A DNA stretch of 64,000 bases from Azolla caroliniana (Eukaryota; Plantae; Polypodiophyta), in contig JBHGNT010000002.1 of assembly GCA_043228905.1 (NCBI GenBank), positions 14,818,001-14,882,000 of the forward strand, given 5' to 3'. Both the position numbers and the translations under genes were made by a program. Every line of letters starts with the position of its first letter. Positions within the stretch are counted from its first letter, which is position 1. Below, piece by piece: positions 40,501-53,679 of the stretch. The notes beneath the pieces are model-generated. The model made no database searches, was not told the DNA's origin, and saw only the letters and a list, made by a program, of their open reading frames with translations.

Positions 40501-41062
40501 AACGGGATGGGTCCGACGTGCCAGGGCACTAACCCACAAGCGTGCCAGGTGTTGTCCGCCGTAATAGTAACCGACGGACGAGAGCGTAGGAATAAGAAAT
40601 AATATAAGATCATAACACATGTAACGATTCACGTAGGAAGTGTGAACGGCTAAATAGTTCCTGTGTATATAAAGGGCAAAAAACCTCTGATAGAGGGAGC
40701 GTGTAATTTTGAATTGTAAAGAAGTGTATCGTAATACAATTCTATCTTCTCTGAAAGCCTGTGTATAGCTACGACTGATCTACTGTGTGTCTGGAATACT
40801 AGAGCGTGTAAAAACGTAAGTGTAACCATTGCTAAGGAGTCGGTTGTAGCCGTCTCCCTTATACGCTGATAGGTTACGAGGAACATTCCGCTACGCATTA
40901 CACATAGACGCCCCATTCGTTGTTCCACAACCGCTTCGAGGTCTAGGTCGAAGGACTGACCGCAGACCATGTTCCTAATCGGTAACACTTTTGGCACGCT
41001 TGGTGGGACCTCTCATCTCTAGGCGTAAGGCATTTCGAAATCCCTCCTACAGAGGCGCTAGA
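37511..41062 (+). mobile_element. Tandem non-autonomous family A derivative: LTR - extra ORF only - LTR - PBS - start of another unit
   Basis: ATCTCTAGGCG.AAGGCATTTCGAAATCCCTCC follows both the LTR ending at 37909 and the LTR 40550..40987 plus PBS 40992..41009; extra-ORF pieces 38085..38741 and 38805..39548; CCCACAAGCGTGCCA at 40533..40547. Confidence 0.88.
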
Positions 41063-41073
41063 TGCATTCAGTC

Positions 41074-44000
41074 AATTTTTGGATTCTCTTGTAAGTACTG
41101 ATCGACCTCTTCATCAACCAATCCTTCAAGCATGTTAACACATTCCGCATACAGCAGTGTCAGCTCCTTGTCGGTACTCGAACGCGGTTGTGTAGGTACT
41201 TGCACTTTCGCTTTGCCGTGCCGGAAAGTGATTATGTTTTTCTGCCAGTTTTGCTTGATGTGCACTGTTTTTAACCATGGTCGGCCCAACAACAGTGGGT
41301 ATGCCCCTTGTGCATTGAGTTGGAGGACTACTGCCGAAATGCGGAATGTGTGACCTCCGATAGTTACTTCCAAATGTCGTATAAATCCGGTAGGTCTTAC
41401 TGAACTTGTGTCCAGCATCCGAAGAAAAAACGGGCACGGCTCCCAGTTCTGGATTCCCAGGGTATTACAAGTTCAAAGGCTAATCACATTCACACCGGAT
41501 CTTCCATCTATAATCGTTCCGGGTAGCTCTCGTCCCTTGACGATGGTTGTGATAGCCGAACTGCTCGTGTCCACTACCGTTCAGGTCCTTCCTCCGGATT
41601 AGAAAAGAATGTTGGAGCCGTTGGCGAGCCGACCGTAGTCATTCCTGTCTTCAGTCCTTCCGTAAACCGAGGTACTAACTGCAATAGCCGACCTAATGGC
41701 AGCGTGATTTGGCATTCTTGCTACGCCTGCCATGTTGGGTTTTCCGCCTGGTTATTGCTAGTGGGCTCCTCTAGATTCTCCTTTTGTTGCTTCAGTTCTA
41801 CCACATTCTGCTCGTTTGCCTTCTTTACCCATTCGGTGGCCTGTTTCCAGATGGCTTCTTGGGTTTCCCACTTCGTTGCTTTTCCTTTTGCCCTCGTGGT
41901 CACTTGTTGTATGTCTGCGACCTCCGCTACCACCATGTTTACTGTTGGTCTCTTATCATAGATTTTCGCCGGACATTGGTTATTTTAGTGTCCCTGTTGT
42001 CGGCAATAGTAGCAATATGCTTTCCCGGTGTTGTTGGATTTTTCTTTCACCCCGGCACCCGGTTGAGGTCCTCTGGTAAGTGCTTGGCCTTGATCCGGTT
42101 GGTTGCTTGATGTACCCTGTTCTGGCTCTCGTTGGTGACCCCCTTTTTTATTGAAATGCCGTTTTTTATTGAAATGATTTTTGTTCCGGAAATCCTGTTG
42201 GAGCCGGTCGTCGTACTTGCCATAGTCCTCCCTTTGGGGGTTGTAACCAGGGGAGTGATCCCTGTTGTGTATCTCATTCCGTTCCCCATTATAGTTTCGA
42301 TATCTATCCTATCTATCTGTTGAGAATCAACTCTCCGATTCGCCTTCACCACTCGGCCACAACCGAGAAATCACGAATCAATGCAGCAGAAAATAGGAAA
42401 CACAGAGAAAGACACGATAACACAGGGATTAACGTGGAAAACCCTATACGGGAAAAACCACGGGAGTGCAAGACTCCAAACCAAAACTATGCACAGAGAA
42501 ATATACAATGGCGAGCTGCAAGGCGACGACCTTGAGCTCGCTATCCTCGCCACAGGCGGCGGTATTACACAGAGGCGTCGACCTCTCCCTCTCTCACGCT
42601 CTATCTCTCTCACGGCTGCTCTCTCTTCACTTCTCTTGAGTAGAAAAACAGAAAAATGAGTAGCATCAAAAACTGTTTGCCCTAAGTCATATTTATACAC
42701 ATGACTTTCGGGTTATTTACAGATATAGCCTCAAGGGCCCTTGGCAAACATATTCACAAATATGTCCCCGTATCCGGATCTCTTTCCGGGTACATTCGTC
42801 ATCCGGCTCCGTAGCCGGGGTCTTCGTCATCCGGCTCCGTAGCCGGGGTCTTCATCATCCGGCTCCATAACCGGGACCGTAACCGTAACCGTAACCGTAA
42901 CCGTAATTGCCGTCATTCATCTCCGGACATCCCATCCGGAGGGACCGAAAATCCCAACACTATCATACCGGTCGTGGTCATAAGCATTTCTTTGATCACC
43001 GTACCCGACATCTTGTGCCGGCCAGTAACGCTCCTCTTGCCGCCAACACTCTTCTTCCTCCTCCTGGTTGCTCCGTGGTTCGATTTGCCAGACCGGTGGT
43101 GCTTGCCGATTCAGTGAGTTATACTCGCACCGATCCATTATGTGGTTTCTGGAATGGCAAAGCAAGCATTGAGAACGCATTGTGCACTCCAGCGCCGAAT
43201 GTCCGGCATTCAAGCAAGTCGTACATTGAATTGCTTGTCGAAAGCGGAGGTCTTCATCAATTGGTAACGTTCGTTGGAGTGCCCCCATCGTCAGCCACGA
43301 GCTGGAGTTTTCCATTTCCCTGACTCGGTCTATGACCTGGTCGGCGGAACTCGTGCGGAAATCAATGACTGTGCACACCGTTCGTAGGGGTTCCCGGAGT
43401 GTTGCTAGGAATATCGTCTTAGTCTCTTCCTCCGGTGGTGCCCGACTGAGCTGGCTGTGCATTCTCTGAAATCGGATTACAAATTGTTGAATGTTCTCCG
43501 TGCGCTCCTGCCTTATGGTATAAAATAGGCTGACCATTTCCCACCGATCCACCTCTTTGTGGAAAAAGTGTAAGAATTTAGTTTTCAAGGCCTCACACGT
43601 CGTGATGGTACTAGGATCTTGCGTCCGGCGCCATCTAGCGGCGGGCCCCTCCAGGGTAATTTTGAACTCCGCCATCTTGGAGCGTTCTGCTTCGGCCACG
43701 GTTAAGCGTTGTGACGCATGATTCGCTTCCCAGGTCTACTGAAATGCGTAGACGTGGGCCTCCATGTCCGGATCATCCCGGTACTTGGGATATTGAAACG
43801 GCATGTCGTCGTCCGGTGTTGGAACGCGGGCGGGTGTCGGAGGTCTCTCTTCCTCCTCTGTCGGAGGTCTTTCTTCCTCTGTGGGAGGTCTTTCCACCTC
43901 GGCTTCGGGTGTTGGGGTTTGCTTAGTCCTTGGCCGATCTGTGGCTTCCAACTCTGTCAATTCTGGATCAGGTGTCGGTAGGGTATCTGATTCCTCATCC

Positions 44001-44240
44001 GCCAGTCCGTTTGGGGTGTCGTGATTGCTGCGGTAATTAGAATGAGCGCTATATTCGTTGTCCGAGTCTGATTCAAAGGCCGAAACTGGTTCTGAATTGC
44101 CGTCTCCGGCAACTAATGCCTGCAGAAGGGATTTTGTTTCCCGAAGACTACTCAACTTGCTTCCTTTGTCGGGGTGGAAATCTTGTTGCAAACGGAGTGA
44201 CTCCTCAGCCACTCGCTGGATCACGTTAGAAAATGATTGA
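41074..44240 (-). pseudogene. Gypsy B gag and protease
   Basis: ORFs 43736..44224 and 42917..43699 (CTTCLNAGHSALEC, CLLCHSRNHIMDRC); protease IIDGRSGVNV...LLLGRPWL. Confidence 0.92.
42318..42959 (-). mobile_element. Solo LTR (Copia type, related to the LTR at 675..1481)
   Basis: TGTTG...CAACA termini; perfect TSD CTATC; 28-bp tandem repeat x3 and (ACCGTA)n in U3. Confidence 0.92.
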
Positions 44241-44864
44241 TCCGAACGAATTTCTTCCGCCGTTTGCTAGAAAGCCTCTCACTTCCGCAGCCGCTCAGCG
44301 AGTCTCCTTGCTCGATCCGTAACCGGTCTGCTCATTGGCCTAGTCATCCATTCCCGCCGTTGTTCACTGCGCTTATGCAGGAATCGTGGTCACCAAAAAT
44401 TGTGTTACTCCTTAGGGCGGAACAATAGCCTAACACAGGGTGTCTACATAAGACACTTCACCAAAGGGTGTTACGGTGAAACAGAGTTAGACCGATGATT
44501 AATCAGACCTTAATCGGTTACTTAAGCAATATCTCCTTAATCTTAATATACGTGTAAGATAGAAAGTAATTAGCGCAGAATGGTAATCAATACATAGAGA
44601 TAAGAAAATAGAGCTTTATTAATTATCCATCATCATTTACAATGTAACCGGGCCTCTTTATAGATCACCGGCTCTGCCTACAAAATGGTGCCAACCGGCA
44701 CACTAATATGAACCGGTCCAGATCCGGATTGGCATACCGATTCCGGTCCGTCTGTTCACTTCTCTAAAATCTACTTAATTACTTAATATCCTAATAACAA
44801 CTTCCGATTATTTCTGCCCTTTCCTATTCTGGACTGTCCTCCACTCCTTGCCGGCTGGCTAACA

Positions 44865-46821
44865 TGCAACACGCGAAGGCCTCTCGAGGTGAACACCAGA
44901 AGATGTGGCATGAAGAGGCTAATGGAGGAAGCCGCGACTCAGAACGCCGAGGCCATTCACTACTCGATGTCGGCAAGGATCTGGGTAGGCGAAGAGAAGG
45001 GCATCGGATCCGGAATCAGTACCAGACTCTCGTCGCTTGTGCTAGTGGGCCTATCTGGCGCGTGGTTAAGGGAGAAGTGGACTGCACTAAGAAGCGGGTC
45101 CAAAAGGGCACCGGAAGGGACGATCTGGTTGAAGAGAAAACCGGCTTCGTGGAAGCCGCGTGCCAAAACTACGAGGTTCTGGTAGAAGATAAGCGGGCCA
45201 GAAAGGCCGGTTCTCGAACCGGTATGGGACCTGGAGTGGGCCGAAGAAGAATGAAGAAGGCCTAGCCGACTCACAGGAGAAGACGAAGTTGTCGGGCTTT
45301 CATTTCAGGTCAAAGATACAGAGAGTGATGGACCAGAAGGTCTTGGAGGAACGAATCCTCGACAACTGGGTGGAGCTCACCATGAGGGAGGTGCTAGGGA
45401 TAGTAATGAGGGAATTCCATGATTCCATCGTGGACCTGGTAAAAAGGAAGCGGCTTTCGATGGAGCCAGAGCCAGAGAAGTCGGTCGAAGTGAATGCGGC
45501 CCACATCGAAGAGGTGGCGACGGAAGAGGAGTTTCCCGATAACCACTATATGAGCCTGCACTGGGCCAGAGCGATGACAGAGACCGTGGTCCAGATCGGG
45601 GATGTGAAGGAGCCGGTGGTGGCATTGATCGACCATGGATCGGAAATCAATCTGATGTCGATGGACTTCTATAAAAAGGGGAAGTGGCCGATCAACACGA
45701 AGCATGGTTGGAAGATACACATGACAACCCGCGCTACCGAAGAGCTTCATGGTGTGTGCCCGAATATCAAGCTGAAGGTCGGTGACATCGAAATACACCA
45801 ACATTATGGTGGCTTGAATGGAAACAAAGGTGCTAGACAACGGTTTGACATATGCGAGGGTAAAGAGTCAGGATGGTAAGCACTCCGTCCACTTCTTAAC
45901 AGTAAGGCCGAGATTCTCTCAGCGGCGAGAGCCGAGAGGATCTTTAGAGAGAACTATCAAGGCATGGGGCCATGATAGTCCGGACAACCAAAAGAAACCC
46001 CACACATGTACCATAAGTAGGAAATTTTGGCTCTCTAGAAATGGATGTTGTACTATAGCCGGCATTGGTGGCTGGAAGAAGAAGCAAGTTGAAAGGCGAC
46101 TGAAGTCATGTGGAGCCTTGGACCCTGATGACTCGAGTGGCAGTGTCGTGGAGGCGGTCTCATTTGATGACACCCTTGGGGAGATCAAGAGGGTAGTCGA
46201 GGAGGATCTTAGTGCAGACCGGGTCGTTCCGGTACATCGAGATGTACGAAATCATGGCGGACTTCGGGAAGCTGATCAGGTCAGATTGGATTGCCCGAGT
46301 AGACACCAAGTACAACATTGTGGACTGGAAGGTGAGACAAGTCCTGGCTCCCTTGCCGGAGGACAACTGGGAATGGATGAAAGGGGTCGCGACAGACCTG
46401 AGTTTACGAGATCTGGCCGGCCTAGGGCACTGGTTTACCGACGAGACGCTACGGGAGCTGAAGATCAGTGGGGTTGGCTTCCTACTGCAGACGGAGTTGG
46501 ACTGGTTTCCGAGGATGCTCATGAGGCATGGGAAAACCTTCACGTTCTCGTCGAGGGAGATCAGGTGCGTCGACCCGACAATCGTAGAACCGATGGTGAT
46601 CTTCACGAGATTCCCCATCCAGTTCGGCGTGAAGGTACTACGCGAGCGACAACGAGGATATGCCCAAGTTAAACGCGAGCTCTAGGGTATCGTTTCGGCT
46701 GTTAAGGCCAACAAAGATTATTTGATAGGGGTGGAAGTAATAATCGAGACAGACCGCTTGCCGATTCTTGGCATGGTTTCCTGGTGTGCGACTCCGGACC
46801 TGGCGATGCTCATGTGGATCG
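44865..46821 (+). pseudogene. Old Gypsy gag-PR-RT/RH remnants with internal deletions (outermost host)
   Basis: Retropepsin VVALIDHGSEINLM; RH-like RQRGYAQVKREL and VIIETDRLPILGM. Confidence 0.8.
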
Positions 46822-48990
46822 TGTTAAGAAAACGTGAAGAAGGCACTCGGGCTCTTCTTATGTGCACGGCAGATCGTGGTGTGCTAGATCGTTTAGTGCT
46901 CAAACACAGAAGGGAAGGGGGAAGGAGACTTACCTCTGTAGCAGCCAAAACTTCTTCTATTTCATTACACGCGGAGCTCTACTTGCTCTCGTCTGTTTCT
47001 CTCTTTTGCTCTCACTCTCTGAGTTCTTCCTCTCTTTCCTCACTCTCTCTCGCAGAGTTCTACTTCCTGTGTTTCTTACTTACCTACTCTCTTACTTTTT
47101 ACCTAAGTAATAAGTTACTTACGTATGCAGCTAATTAGCTGCCTGTAGCTAATTAGCTGTTAGTCGCTAAATAGCTGTCAGTAGCTAATTAGTTGTCAAT
47201 CGCTAAATAGCTGTCAGTAGCTAATTAGTTGCCAGTAGCTAAATAGCTGTTAGTAGCTAATTAGTTGTTTCTCCTTTATGTTCACAAGTAGCTAAATAGC
47301 TACTATAGCTTATTTCCCAATAAGCATCACATACCATGTTGAGCTTGCTTCTCAACACTCCCCCTCAAGCTCAACTTATCCTTTCTTGGGGTTATCTACA
47401 ACTTCTTTTCAATGATGCTTTTCAGCCATCATATCAATGTCTACAACTCCCATCATGTTCCGAAACTGTGTATGTTTTTCCACACTCAATCCCTTTGTGA
47501 GAATATCAGCAACCTGCTAATTTGTATTCACATACACCAGATCAACTTTTCCTTCAATCATTTTTTCTCTAACAAAGTGATAATGCACTTCAATGTGCTT
47601 TGTTCTTGCATGGAACACTGGGTTTTTTGCAACCTGAATGCTGCTCATGTTGTCACAGCAGATTGTGACAGTACCGTCTATATACTCTCCCAAATCAGCA
47701 AGCAATCTTCTGATCCATACCTCTTCACAAGTGGCTATGGCAGCTCCTCTGTACTCAGCTTCAGTACTAGACAATGCAACAGTAGCCTGTTTCTTGCTAC
47801 TCCATGAAATACCTGCACTTCCCAATGTAAACATATATCCACTTGTGGATCTTCTATCTGTTTGGCTTCCAACCCAATCAGCATCTGTATATCCTTCCAG
47901 ATTTATGCCCAAATGAGCCCTGTAAAACAATCCATAGTTCTAAGTAGCTTTTACATTCCTCAGAATTCTTCTAATGCAGTCCAAATGCGACTTTGTTGGC
48001 TGTTGCATAAATTGGCTGACTAATCCAACTGCATAACTCAAATCAGGTCTTGTTATGGTCAAATAAATAAGGCTGCCCACCATAGACCTGTACATGTTTA
48101 CATCTTCTATTTTGGCTCCCAAATCAGCCCTCAATTTACAGTTTTTATCTAGTGGTACTCCAATAGGTTTGCATCCAAGCATACCATACTTTTTCCACAT
48201 AGTTGTTGCATATTGTCTTTGCAACACATATATACCACTTTCAGATCTGATGATTTCAATACCCAAAAAATATCTCAGATCTCCCAAATCTTTCATATGA
48301 AACTGCATTTCCAAATTTCTTTTCAGCTTACTTATTTCATCCATGGAATCACCTCCAATGATGAGATCATCAACATAAATCAGAATCACAACAATACAAT
48401 CATCTTTCCTTTTAACATACAATGATGAATCAACCTTTGACATTTTGAAGTCAAGTTTTTTCAGATAATCTGAAAGTTCTCTGTGCCATGCTCTCGGTGC
48501 CTGTTTTAGTCCATAGAGAGCCTTTTTCATCTTACATATATAATGGTTGACACATATACACTTCTTCTTCCAAGTTACCATGTAAAAAGGCATTTTTTAC
48601 ATCCATATGATGAAGAACCCATCTTTTGGCTGCACCTATAGCTAGTAATGTCCTCAATGTTGCCATCTTTGCAACCGGTGCAAATGTCTCATCATAATCA
48701 ATTCCTTGCATTTGGGCATATCCCTTTGCAACCAATCTTGCTTTATGTCTACTTACATTCCCACTGGAATCATGCTTTGTCTTGTAGACCCATTTGCAAC
48801 CTACCACATTTTTTCCTTTTGGTAACTTCACCAAATCCCATGTTCTGTTTTCAGCCAGTGCATCAATCTCTTCTTGCATTGCATCCACCCATTTCTTCTC
48901 AGTTTTAGTCTCATCAAAACTACTTGGATCAGGGATCTGTACCACCTTAGCCATATATGCATAAATCATAGCCATATATGTAGTGGCAGT
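46822..48990 (-). mobile_element. Truncated Copia: RT-RNase H plus 3' LTR 46822..47357
   Basis: KARLVAKGY, LYGLKQAPR, IYVDDL, YTDADW; inverse PPT CTCCCCCTCAAG at 47358; LTR has AGCTAATTAGCT tandem repeats at 47127..47310. Confidence 0.92.
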
Positions 48991-48995
48991 CTAAG

Positions 48996-49526
48996 TGTTT
49001 AGAAATACTAGGTAGGAGTGATTTGATAGGTACTTCAAGGCCACACACTTAGAGAATAATATTAATATTTGACGGAGAGGATCGAGGGAAATCTCTGTCC
49101 AAAAGTGGTTGTCTTTATTGGTGATGTAATGGCCTCCCATTTGTTCTATAAAACGACAGGTTTGAGATTGTTTTAGGGATCCACGTTTTGGAAAATGACG
49201 TGTTACCGGACTGAGCTTTGTAGGTTTCCTTGCTATTCTCTGTTTTCGGGTTTTTCCTATCGTCGTGCTATGAGGCCTCTGTTTCAAGCTAGTAGCCTAT
49301 GTGCTCCTGATCAAAGGCTTGCTAGTGTCTGTGTGTGTTTACAATCAACTCGAATCTCTTTTGCCGGCCGCGGCCGGTTGTAATCTCTTCCCATTTCCTC
49401 TTTTAATCGTTAATTCGTTGAGTCTCTCCATGTGTTTTGGATTTCCCGTGTCTTGTCTTCGGTGTATTCCTGTCGTGTTGAGTGTCTGAGTGAGGGAGGC
49501 TAAGAGCTCACCGTAATCTAGAAACA
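48996..49526 (+). repeat. Possible LTR of another element
   Basis: TGTTT...AAACA termini, TATAAAA near 49147, pyrimidine/GT-rich U5-like tail; no TSD or partner found. Confidence 0.35.
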
Positions 49527-49669
49527 TTACGCGTCTCGGAGTCTGTGTGCTCATCTTCCAGAACCCTAATCTGATCGAGATCGGACACGTGACCGCTAAC
49601 TGATCCGGTGAAGATATCCGGAGAACCTTCCTACTCTCACTAGCTCCTTGGTCCGAGACCCCAGGGGTT

Positions 49670-50830
49670 CCACCTCTTTTTGACCCTATGTTTTTGTTTG
49701 AATCCCTTCGCAACAAGTTGAGCTTTGTATTTGGGTTTCTAAGACTCGGATACATATTTGTTGCCTGAAGACGAATTTGCAAGATAGCGACTTCCTTCCT
49801 AGTGGTAGTTTGACCAGCTCCCATGTTTGATTGTGTCAAATCGAGTCCAAGTCGGATTGCATAGCTTGTAGCCATGTATCAACGTCCGATGCGGCCATAG
49901 TTCTTCATATGTGCTTGGTTCTCTGGGTCCAATAGTCTGTAGCCGAACTCCCCATCGGTTCCATAACCAAGAAATATGCATTTCGTTGTATGGTGTGCCA
50001 ACTTACTCCTTTTCTCCCTAGGGATGAACGGGTAGGCTTCACATTTGAATATACAAAGTTTGTCATAGGTTGGTTGTTTGCTTGACCATAGTGCCTGTGG
50101 CACTTCGAGCCTGATTGCTTTCGACAACGACAGGTTGATCAGATATACCACCATCTGCAATGCTTCGGCCTTGAACTCCAGCTTTAGTTCGGCTTATTAG
50201 AGCATTTCCGTCACCCTCTCTTGGATTGTTCAGTTGATCCATTCTGCCACTCTCCATTCTGCATGGGTGTGTATGGAGTGGTCTTTTGATGTTTGATCCC
50301 TTTGTCGGACAGGTACTCTTTGAAAGCTCGGGAGGTGTACTTACCTCCGGTGTCGGATCAAAGTTGGTTTGGTTCGATCTTTGAGATTCCTGCTCCCCCT
50401 CAAGCTCGATTGGTCGACGGTCGAAAGACCCAAGGTCTTGCTGAAGTTGTTGGCCATGAGCAGATTCGTGCTGATGTGTTGCAGGTCGACATCTCTGGCT
50501 AGAACATGCTCTCGGATGAAGTGATAGTGTACTTCAATGTGTTTGGTCCCAGCGTGGAGGATGGCGTTCCGAGCTAGGTGAATGTTGCTCATATTGTCGC
50601 AGTAGAGGAGAATAGAATCCTTGATGGGAACGCATAGGTCCTTCAATATTGACTTGAGCCAAAAAGCTTCACTTGCGGCTACAACCACACCCCTGTACTC
50701 GGCTTCGGTGCTCAACAGTGCGATTGTCGCCTGTTTCTTACTACTCCATGATATCGCACCGCCGTCGAGAGAGAAAAAAAATATGGATGTCAATCGTCGG
50801 TCGGCTCTGTAGCCGACTCAGACGGCATCA
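49670..50830 (-). pseudogene. Scrambled Copia fragments (integrase C-terminus/RT start, and RNase H of a second element)
   Basis: KCIFLGYG..GYRL in ORF 49879..50160; AISWSSKKQ, LYCDNMS, KHIEVHYHFIRE in ORF 50341..50793. Confidence 0.85.
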
Positions 50831-53267
50831 GAAGTTGCTTTGAGAGGATTCAAAGTCACAACCTTTTATTTGTGAAGAGGCGTTTGAGATACACCACTTC
50901 AACTTCTTCCTTTTCTTACTTTTTCTTTCTTTTCTTAAAATTTTGTCTTGGTTTATGCAAGTCACCATCTTCTTGGGCAACCTATGCATCCCACACCCAC
51001 ACGAGCTTCTTCACTCCCTTTTTCTTCTTCCTTCCTCTATTCCCCTTCTCTTTCTCCCGTTCCCCATGGGGGTGGCTTTTATAGGGTGGTCAACTGCCCA
51101 GCCACCCTCTTGAGGTGGTTGACAAACCTCCTCATGTAGGGGCGGTTATATATTTTTTATTATTTATTTTATTTTGATTTATTTATTGATCAATTTTGCA
51201 AATTCGATTTTGTAATTGTACATTTGAGAAATTACAAAATCACTCTTATTTAATTTCGAATCTCCCTTTTGACATAATTACGTTTGTGTCCCGAGTAGCA
51301 TTAATCGTTCGAAAGGCTATATCTTAGACTTCTAAACTCTGATTCACGAAGCGAAAAATTGTACATGCTCCTCGTCACAAGCTCCAGATGGGAAATGCCT
51401 TTCTATAGAATTTTAACATTGTATCGACATCATGAAGTGTTATCTTCACGACACCGTGGTTTTCCTCGTGTCCTCATGATGGGCACATCGAGTCCACCAT
51501 GCTCACTATCGAGTGAGTGGTCCGATTCGTTTCCATCCGAGTCTTCGTACTTAGGCATTTTGGCCTTTCCTTTGTCTTATTTCGAACTAGGCCGTGATGT
51601 GCTTTGGCCGCTTGGAGGCTCTTTTTTTACTATAAAAATTATCCTCCATTAGTATTAAGATTAAAGTAGCGAAAGGCAAGATACAAAATAATCCAACATT
51701 ACAATGAATAATGTGTAGCCAACCTTTCTAGATAAAGATAAAGGCAAGATACAAGATAAGATCAGTGAACTTCTCCCAAAGTAATATTGTTGCCCTACCA
51801 ACTCCAATATCAACCAGTAATGTTGATGCCATGCCAAAGCCCCTAGCATCAATTCCATCGTATTCAACATGTAGTGATATATCTTCTTTCACAATGATTC
51901 CTTGATTGCTGCTACATGTAAGATTTCATCATATCCAAATGATCCAAATGAGCCTACCATATGAAAATACTGGTTCTCTACTCAATCCACTCCCCTCATA
52001 CCCTCATGAAAATTTTCTTTTGCCTCCGCCACCATCTTTTCTCATCGTTGTATAAACTAAAAAAAGATAAATGTGCTTCAAAATATTTCCACATCAGCCA
52101 TCTCTCCATTTTCCATGAAATTCCTGTATAGACAACAAAGAAAAAATAAGTTGTCCTCATCCACTCATGACATTTTGCTTCAACCCTCGACAACATCCTC
52201 ACTAATCCTTTCAAAAATAAATCAACTTCCTTTTCCACAACATCCATCTTGCTAGTTGTTGCCCGAGTTGTGAATCTGTCTATTTTCAGTTATTTCCTGT
52301 ACATACACAAAACAGAATTAATCCACTTGGAGGCTCTTGTGGTCCACTCAACCTGGTTGAGATTGAACTTTCATTTGATGTGGGCCTTAGTCGATCATCC
52401 TCCTTTACTTTTGTGTGTCGAACTTAGTCTTGACTGTGTCGGATGGAGTTGATTCGACTGTATACCAGGATGCTAACTCATTAAATACATCCCTACTCAC
52501 TCATACCTTCTTGGTGGAAGGGTTGCAGCACTTATACCCTTTTCTTCGACTATACATTTCTTCGACTTGGGATTGAGCTTCTACTGCTTCTCGTCGGGAA
52601 TATGTACATATGCAATTGAACTGAATATCCTGACATGGGATAGATCTAGTTTCTTCCCATAGAACTTTTCGTAGGGGGTAACATTGTGCACTCCTGATGT
52701 TGTGCAGTGATTCATCAAATAGACGTCCGTATTCACCGCTTCATCCCACTATGACCTTGGCAAATGTTTCTTGTTCATCATTTCCCTTGCCACCTCAAGT
52801 ATGTGCGGGTTCTTGCGTTCAGCTACTCGGTACTGTTGAGGTGTGTGTCTGTAGGTAAACTCCCACCGAATTCCTTCTTCTTGAAGATATGTTGTAAAGG
52901 CTTTAGAGAAATATTCCTTGCCGCCAGCCGATCGAAGGCATCGGACATGCCAACCTGTTGCCTTTTCGACTTCATTTTTGAACTTTTGGAAGTATCCGAA
53001 CACTTCGCTCTTCTGCCGAGCAAGTGAGAAGCTATTCAGCTTAGTTCAAGCATTATCACACGTATATAACTAGCCCGTTCAAGTACTCGGATATTTGCCA
53101 ATGTTTTCGGTGCATTGACAGTCACTGCCTTCGCAAACATGGTTGTTAGGTAATCGCACCTCGTGACGTAAGGAAGGTATTGATGCTATTGTTACCTAAC
53201 CAGGTGAAGGCACAATTTGATTTACTTTTTTTTATGATAAAAATCATTGGCGCCAAGTTTGAGGTAG

Positions 53268-53400
53268 TGCAGATGAGTTGTGGTTAGGGGTGAAATGCTA
53301 CTCGAACCCAAAGCTAGCTGGTTCTCCCCAAAATGCATTGAGGCGTAGCAATTGACTGGACCATCTAGGGGTAAAGCATTGTTCTAGTGCGGGCTAGCGA
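53268..53400 (+). pseudogene. rrn23: Plastid 23S rRNA fragment (NUPT)
   Basis: GATGAGTTGTGGTTAGGGGTGAAATG...GCTAGCTGGTTCTCCCC...CTAGGGGTAAAGCA is conserved 23S sequence of chloroplast type, with transition decay. Confidence 0.9.
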
Positions 53401-53679
53401 CCAGTAAAGCATTTTCCATTCTTCTGGTTCCCAGAAAGACCCAGTGGATGAATCATTTCAGAATCATGTCAAGGAAGTCAAAATGAAAAGGTGATTTTTA
53501 AGTTTTGTTCAATCCAGAAACTCGACGAGCAGAAAAAAAGATATATATATCTTTTTTTTTATCCCTGCTACTTCGTGTCAATCCCATAAGCCTCTTCAAG
53601 ACCTTGAACTTGAGGGGTCGGGGTAGGTGTCTCACCCTCGAGAGGTGGTCATGGCTATTGGCGAAGGCAGCGGGCCGTA

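Larger units (their letters stand above)
21972..44864 (-). mobile_element. Ty3/Gypsy non-chromovirus element, family B (both LTRs present, with nested insertions)
   Basis: LTRs 21972..22432 and 44403..44864 (TGTTACTCC...GGCTAACA); TSD TGCGA / TGCAA; minus-strand 5' PBS TGGTGACCACGAT at 44383..44395. Confidence 0.94.

Noticed and set aside
21972-44864. Element really oriented the other way with an inverted gag-pol, which would explain the second PBS
   Set aside because: The LTR TATA boxes lie in gag-pol sense, and the opposite end also has a PBS rather than a PPT, so inversion does not restore a canonical layout
50830-52490. Host gene
   Set aside because: Only short low-complexity ORFs with no recognisable motif; left unannotated
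53268-53400. Functional rRNA gene or bacterial contamination
   Set aside because: Only ~130 bp, mutated, and embedded in a retroelement
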